Virus record (IMG/VR): IMGVR_UViG_3300029822_000063
Span: 1 to 26,705 of that record
DNA: 26,705 nt
Strand: one strand, 5' to 3'
Source of the DNA: a virus
Taxonomy: Duplodnaviria; Caudoviricetes
In this document: one piece after another, positions 22,257 through 26,705 of the stretch
How the letters are laid out: every line of letters starts with the position of its first letter
How positions within the stretch are numbered: the first letter of the stretch is position 1
The notes under the pieces: generated by a model
Seen by the model: the letters and a program-made list of their open reading frames with translations, nothing else
What the model was told of the DNA's origin: nothing
The model's database searches: none
Made by a program: the position numbers and the translations under genes

Positions 22257-22633
22257 ACACGATTATTCTAGTGGGCCGGCTGACGCGTGACGTAGATTTG
22301 CGATACACGCAAACCGGGACGGCAGTAGCAAACTTCACTCTGGCGGTAGATCGCCGCCAGAGCAAGGATAGGGAGAAAGAGACTGATTTTATCGACGTGG
22401 TGGTATGGAGCAAGCTGGCGGAAACATGCGCCCAGTATATCGGCAAAGGCAGGTTGGTGGCGGTGAGTGGCCGGCTTCAGATACGACCATACGAGGACAA
22501 AGAGGGCAACCGCCGCAAAGCCGCCGAGGTTGTGGCTGACAGTGTGCGATTCCTGGACAAGCCGAAGGAGCAGGAGATGACCGACCTGACAAGCGGCGGG
22601 AGTGTGTTTGACAACGACGACATTCCGTTTTGA
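22253..22633 (+). CDS. ssb: Single-stranded DNA-binding protein
   Basis: MNTIILVGRLTRD...FTLAVDR...GRLQIR; C-terminal DDIPF. Confidence 0.97.
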   Translation: MNTIILVGRLTRDVDLRYTQTGTAVANFTLAVDRRQSKDREKETDFIDVVVWSKLAETCAQYIGKGRLVAVSGRLQIRPYEDKEGNRRKAAEVVADSVRFLDKPKEQEMTDLTSGGSVFDNDDIPF

Positions 22634-22654
22634 TGGAGAGGGGGTGGACAAGCC

Positions 22655-22819
22655 GTGAACGGAAAACGCCTGCAACGCTGGATGAAGGAAGCAGTCAAGA
22701 AAAGCGGCCTGGTAGTGGCTAACTGGCTATATATCAAGAACCTGCCCGGAGAGCTGCATCTGCAGCACCGGCTCTCCGGGAAAGTCAAGATACTGAGAGT
22801 GGAAAGGCGGGTGGGGTGA
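22655..22819 (+). CDS. Small basic phage hypothetical protein (54 aa)
   Basis: MNGKRLQRWMKEAVKKSGLVVANWLYIKNLPGELHLQHRLSGKVKIL...; G-rich RBS, coupled to the next ORF. Not in the ORF track. Confidence 0.7.
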   Translation: MNGKRLQRWMKEAVKKSGLVVANWLYIKNLPGELHLQHRLSGKVKILRVERRVG

Positions 22820-22932
22820 TGGCTGATAAACGTACCTGCCCCAAATGCGGCGCAATCTGGGTGAGCGCGGATACGGGAGTCTGGATCTGCGAGTCATGTG
22901 CGGCGGTCATGCCGCCGGAGGTGTCCACATGA
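22819..22932 (+). CDS. Tiny zinc-ribbon protein (37 aa)
   Basis: MADKRTCPKCGAIWVSADTGVWICESCAAVMPPEVST; stop/start overlaps at both ends. Confidence 0.65.
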   Translation: MADKRTCPKCGAIWVSADTGVWICESCAAVMPPEVST

Positions 22933-23174
22933 CCCCGCTTGACTGGATAGCAGTTGCCATCTGCGTAACATCAAACATCATGGTCATAAAAAAGCGCCCG
23001 TTCGCGTTTTTGACCTGGACGGCGGGGAACTGCATCTTGATTTACCTGGCTGTGCAGGACGGGAACTGGGCGCGTGTGGGACTGTTTGTAGTGTATAGCC
23101 TGATCAACCTTTATGGGTTTTGGGAGTGGACAAGGGGAGGCGATAGCAGTGCAAAAAATCTGGACAGCAGATGA
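22929..23174 (+). CDS. Half-size (3-TM) PnuC-like membrane protein
   Basis: LDWIA...KKR..F..W..GN...Y..INLYGFWEW resembles a PnuC repeat unit; GGAGGTG RBS before ATG 22929. Confidence 0.7.
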   Translation: MTPLDWIAVAICVTSNIMVIKKRPFAFLTWTAGNCILIYLAVQDGNWARVGLFVVYSLINLYGFWEWTRGGDSSAKNLDSR

Positions 23175-23367
23175 GGTGGAGTATATCAAGATCCACTACG
23201 GCAAAATGCCGACGAGGGAAATAGCGGCGGTGCTGGGCAGAACACCGGCCAGCGTGAAGTCAAAGGCTAACTACATGAGCGTAGCGTATGCCAAGCCGCC
23301 AGCTGAAAAGGTGGTCAGGAAGTTTCCCCCGGGGATACGGGATTATTTATGCGGGACGGATTTTTAG
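23149..23367 (+). CDS. Myb/GcrA-like HTH protein
   Basis: WTADEVEYIK...EIAAVLGRTPASVKSKA; GGGAGG RBS before GTG 23149. Confidence 0.75.
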   Translation: MQKIWTADEVEYIKIHYGKMPTREIAAVLGRTPASVKSKANYMSVAYAKPPAEKVVRKFPPGIRDYLCGTDF

Positions 23368-23382
23368 ACGGGAGGCGCGGGG

Positions 23383-24237
23383 ATGGCTAAAGGCAGGTAT
23401 TCGCGTATAAAGTCAAGATTCTGGAATGATGAAAAAGTGATTACTTGGGATGATGACACAAAGTTACTTTCCTTATACCTTATGTCATCCCCACACCACA
23501 ATATATTAGGATGCTACTACCTGCCAATGGGGTACATCTGCGAGGATTTAGGGTGGGAAGTGAAACGGTTACGCAAACCGTTTCACGCACTGTTAAAGGA
23601 TGGCTTTATTAAATATGACGAGCAGACCAAAGTAGTGCTGGTTATCAACTACCTAAAGAACAACCCTATAGAAAACGAGAACCAAGCAAAGGCAGCGGCA
23701 AAGCAAGTTATTGAATTGCCAAAAACCGAGTTATTACAAGATGTAAAACGGTTCGTTGAACAGTTAGGCAAACCGTTTATGAAACGGTTGGTGGAACAGA
23801 TACCGGAACCCGTAACTGTAACTGTAACTGTACCCGTAACTGTAACTGTAACTGAAAAAGATCCTTGCGCGAATCCCATCACCGACGAGTCCGAGCAGCC
23901 CCAAAAACTCACAAAGCAGCGCAAAGCTGAAATGTTCAATACCTTTTGGCAGGCGTACCCCAACAAGAAATCCAAGGGCCAGGCTGAAAAAACATGGGAC
24001 AAGCTGCCGCTTACTGAAATGCTCTTTACGCTGATTATAAGCAAGCTGCAAGAGGCCCGATCATCGCCTAATTGGACGAAAGAGGGCGGTAAATATATAC
24101 CTTACCCCGCGACATGGCTTAATGCTAAAGGGTGGGAGGATGAATACACGCAGACAATGGATGTGCCGGATGCGTGGAATGTACTTGCACCGTATATGAG
24201 GGAGGATGATCCGAATGACCCAAAAAGATATAGCTGA
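23383..24237 (+). CDS. Phage replication initiator protein
   Basis: N-terminal wHTH (SRFWNDEKV...LYLMSSPH...GFIKYD), low-complexity linker, and C-terminal FNTFWQAYPNKKSK...YIPYPATWLN..GWED. Confidence 0.88.
   Translation: MAKGRYSRIKSRFWNDEKVITWDDDTKLLSLYLMSSPHHNILGCYYLPMGYICEDLGWEVKRLRKPFHALLKDGFIKYDEQTKVVLVINYLKNNPIENENQAKAAAKQVIELPKTELLQDVKRFVEQLGKPFMKRLVEQIPEPVTVTVTVPVTVTVTEKDPCANPITDESEQPQKLTKQRKAEMFNTFWQAYPNKKSKGQAEKTWDKLPLTEMLFTLIISKLQEARSSPNWTKEGGKYIPYPATWLNAKGWEDEYTQTMDVPDAWNVLAPYMREDDPNDPKRYS
23560..23853. repeat. Putative replication origin iterons inside the initiator gene
   Basis: Repeated AAACGGTT/AAACCGTTT, including the palindrome GTGAAACGGTT-acgca-AACCGTTTCAC at 23560-23586, and about 7 GTAACT units at 23812-23853. 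Confidence 0.7.
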
Positions 24238-24721
24238 ATTGTTTGCCGAGTTGACAGCGCTCTATCCGAATATCCAAATCAAAAAAGGGACCGTGGAGGC
24301 GTGGGAAAAACACATTGGGGACCTTCCCCGTAATATCGGCTATGCGGCCTTTATGGAGATCATAGCCACTCAGCAGATACCATGCATTCCCGCTGTCGGC
24401 AGGGTGAGAGAAATTGCATCACGCATGATGGGCAACTCTGCGCCGCTTCCTGCCGATGCCTGGGCAATGGTGCGCGAAGCGATTCGCCGGGATCTACCGG
24501 CTGAAAAACTCCACCCCGCGATACAGAGAGCTGTCCGGGGGATGGGCGGCCTGGACGGTATCGGTTACGCCGAAGTGCCAATCGGGGTGCTACAAACACA
24601 GTTTATGCGGCTGTATGAGCCGCTGGCGCGGGATGAACAGACGCAGGCGCAGCTGCCGGAGGCGGTACGGGAGTTTATCAGCGGCGCGGAAGTCAAGCAG
24701 ATAGCGGGGGCAGGGCAGTGA
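24215..24721 (+). CDS. Replicative helicase loader/inhibitor (G39P-like)
   Basis: MTQKDIAELF...YPN...VEAW...P.VGRVR...DAWAMV; directly follows the initiator. Confidence 0.75.
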   Translation: MTQKDIAELFAELTALYPNIQIKKGTVEAWEKHIGDLPRNIGYAAFMEIIATQQIPCIPAVGRVREIASRMMGNSAPLPADAWAMVREAIRRDLPAEKLHPAIQRAVRGMGGLDGIGYAEVPIGVLQTQFMRLYEPLARDEQTQAQLPEAVREFISGAEVKQIAGAGQ

Positions 24722-25074
24722 CCGACACAATCCTACGGCTTTACCGCGAGACCGGCAGCATCAAAAAAACAGCAGATACCCTGCATATCGCCCGGTATCG
24801 CGTCGAGCGCGCACTCGATGAGGCGGGGATCCCACGAAAAAGGATCCAACCCAACAGCAGCAAGGCACAGTGCTTCGACTGCGCCAACGCTTACGCCGAC
24901 AGATGCGCCTTTATGCGGGCTGATATCGACAAAGCCGAGGCAGTGCTGCGGGAGATGGGCGCCCGATACAAAAGCAAGATTTACTCCTACAGCTATATGC
25001 ACGGCACGAGGGACGTGCCACTGCTGACCGTGCTGAAGTGTCCGAAGTACCGGGAGGGGGATATTGGGGTATAG
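24718..25074 (+). CDS. HTH- and Cys-containing hypothetical protein
   Basis: LYRETGSIKKTADTLHIARYRVERAL plus CFDC...C...CPKY; GTGA coupling. Confidence 0.7.
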   Translation: MTDTILRLYRETGSIKKTADTLHIARYRVERALDEAGIPRKRIQPNSSKAQCFDCANAYADRCAFMRADIDKAEAVLREMGARYKSKIYSYSYMHGTRDVPLLTVLKCPKYREGDIGV

Positions 25075-25198
25075 TGTCGAATCACAGAATCCCGCCAGAC
25101 GCGCGAGGTTGGCGCAGGACGAGAGATAATTAGTTTTATGATGTTGCGGACGTTGACCAACTAACGAAGCGTTAAAACGGCAAATAGGAGGGGATGTT

Positions 25199-25378
25199 TT
25201 GAAAAAAATCGACGAAGCCCGCGCTGAATCCTACCGGCGCGAAGGCGATAAGCGGACGATAGAGCGGATAGCGGAGAGGCTGGCTAGCGAGCGTAAATGC
25301 CCGCCGGAGGCCTGCCCGAAGGGGGACGGATGTCAGGCGCACTGGATGCAATATTTGACAGGGGAGGCTGCAGAATGA
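25199..25378 (+). CDS. Small hypothetical protein (59 aa)
   Basis: AGGAGG RBS, TTG start (MKKIDEARAESY...CQAHWMQYLTGEAAE), ATGA overlap with the next gene. Not in the ORF track. Confidence 0.6.
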   Translation: MKKIDEARAESYRREGDKRTIERIAERLASERKCPPEACPKGDGCQAHWMQYLTGEAAE

Positions 25379-25689
25379 GCGGCTTAAGATCGCGCAGGAA
25401 AGGGTATGAAGGGGAGAGAGAATTTGTGAACCTCTACGGCGGCGAGCGGATGCCGCTGTCAGGCGCGCAGGGCGGCAGTTTTACCGGTGATGTGGTTGGC
25501 CTGCCATACCTCGGGCGCGGCGAAATAAAGCGCAGGGCGCGGGGATTTAAGACGCTGTACGACTGGCTGGCGGACAATGATTTTCTGGCAATGCGAGTCG
25601 ACCGCAAGCCCTGGTTAGTGTGTATGAAAATGGATGATTTGAAGCTGATACTCGAAGAAATGGACGAGCTTAAAAAGGGGCGGGTGTGA
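25375..25689 (+). CDS. Holliday junction resolvase-like PD-(D/E)XK nuclease (Hjc-like)
   Basis: SRRKGYEGERE...R.PLSGA...GDV...EIKRR...DRKPWLV; GGGAGG RBS before ATG 25375. Confidence 0.8.
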   Translation: MSGLRSRRKGYEGEREFVNLYGGERMPLSGAQGGSFTGDVVGLPYLGRGEIKRRARGFKTLYDWLADNDFLAMRVDRKPWLVCMKMDDLKLILEEMDELKKGRV

Positions 25690-25973
25690 AACCGCTGACA
25701 CCCCGACCGCCTGCCGTGACCGTAACCGGCCACGCACACGGACGCTGGCTAACGCGAGCCAGCCGCAGACCGCACAAACAGACTGCCCTAGAGGCACTAC
25801 TCCGACGGAGGCTATACGACCACCTGCGGACGGGCGGGATTGAGACAATCGGCCTGGTGGTGGCGCTGGACATGGGGGATGGAGTGCGGGCAGTGTTGGA
25901 GTTGACGGAGGCGGGGTGGTTGTGTCGGACTTTTCTAGGGCCGAACGAGCCGCATGTGAAAGGAGTGGGATGA
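25686..25973 (+). CDS. Hypothetical protein
   Basis: Coupled by GTGA and ATGA overlaps; VTGHAHGRWLTR motif. Confidence 0.6.
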   Translation: MKPLTPRPPAVTVTGHAHGRWLTRASRRPHKQTALEALLRRRLYDHLRTGGIETIGLVVALDMGDGVRAVLELTEAGWLCRTFLGPNEPHVKGVG

Positions 25974-26221
25974 TGGACAGACAAGCGATAATTGAGCGGA
26001 TTTGGAATACTCCGGCGCTTTACGGCATGCCGCTGGATCACCTTAACAAAGCACTCGAAGCCGCCGGATTTTTCGACCTGCTAGAGGCGGCGGAGGTAGT
26101 TGCCAGCAGAAGGGGAAAGGGGAGCAAGGCGGGGCGATGTGATTACGGCGGCCTCGTCCCTGACAGCGAATTATGGGCGTTGTACGACGCTATAAACAAA
26201 ACAAAGGGGGGTGCCGAATGA
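25970..26221 (+). CDS. Hypothetical protein
   Basis: AAGGAG RBS, coupled at both ends; DLLEAAE...LYDAINKTKG. Confidence 0.65.
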   Translation: MMDRQAIIERIWNTPALYGMPLDHLNKALEAAGFFDLLEAAEVVASRRGKGSKAGRCDYGGLVPDSELWALYDAINKTKGGAE

Positions 26222-26583
26222 GAGATATAAAATTCCGGGCATGGCACAAAGACGAAAAGCGCATGTTCGAGGTAAACGCGCTGAGTAAGGCGGCAGTAGA
26301 GGAGCGAAAGGGCGGCATGGGTTACACCTACGACCGCAGGGATGTTGTACTGATGCAGTTTATTGGCCTCAAAGACAAGAATGGCGCTGAGATCTACGAA
26401 GGGGATATTTTAGGACTAAAAAAAGGAGGCGTCGGAAAAGTCTTATGGAATCGAGATGAAGCAGGCTACCGCCTTGTTGTTAGTAGTTATCAAAGCTGTG
26501 ACGACTTTAAGTATTTTGTTAACGCTGGATCAGGGCTGAGAGACATGGAAGTTATCGGAAACATACACGAGATGGACTCATGA
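26218..26583 (+). CDS. YopX family protein
   Basis: MRDIKFRAW...LMQFIGLKDKNGAEIYEGDIL...EVIGNIHE. Confidence 0.93.
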   Translation: MRDIKFRAWHKDEKRMFEVNALSKAAVEERKGGMGYTYDRRDVVLMQFIGLKDKNGAEIYEGDILGLKKGGVGKVLWNRDEAGYRLVVSSYQSCDDFKYFVNAGSGLRDMEVIGNIHEMDS

Positions 26584-26705
26584 GAGCCACAAAAGCCGCG
26601 CCGATACAGGGAGCCACGCGCCTGTACGCCATGCCTGCCCCGCCGGATAAAAAGCGAGGCCGCGCCGAAAGCGCAAAAAGCCGCCTCAAGCTCAGACCCG
26701 CCGAG

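Overview
The whole window is a temperate siphovirus of a Firmicutes host, probably an anaerobic clostridial one. It is read across an intact attP, so it looks like the excised or virion form rather than an integrated prophage. Left to right: C-terminal part of an HK97-type major capsid protein, head-tail joining genes, tail tube, tail chaperones with a -1 frameshift, an antisense lipoprotein moron, tape measure, Dit and distal tail proteins, and a lysis module. An accessory island follows (13.8-15.5 kb), then attP, whose core is the 3' two-thirds of a tRNA-Sec (selC) flanked by 2+3 TGTGACAT arm sites. After attP come a tyrosine integrase preceded by LexA-like boxes, a cI/cro/xis switch, and early genes: pentapeptide-repeat protein, Cas4-like nuclease, ERF, SSB, half-size PnuC, replication initiator with iterons, helicase loader, resolvase and YopX. 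The best candidate for an undescribed system is the island beside attP. A 48-aa ribbon-helix-helix-like gene, missed by the ORF track, shares an ATCATGAT palindrome between its own promoter and a near-consensus promoter. That second promoter drives five small, partly very acidic orphan genes punctuated by three copies of a 30-bp hairpin repeat, which suggests an Aca-like-controlled, repeat-delimited anti-defence cassette array. Also notable are a promoter- and terminator-bounded, D-armless tRNA-shaped antisense RNA between the tail and lysis genes, other structured intergenic RNAs, and probable ATT and CTG start codons. All functional calls come from motif recognition by eye; no database search was run.
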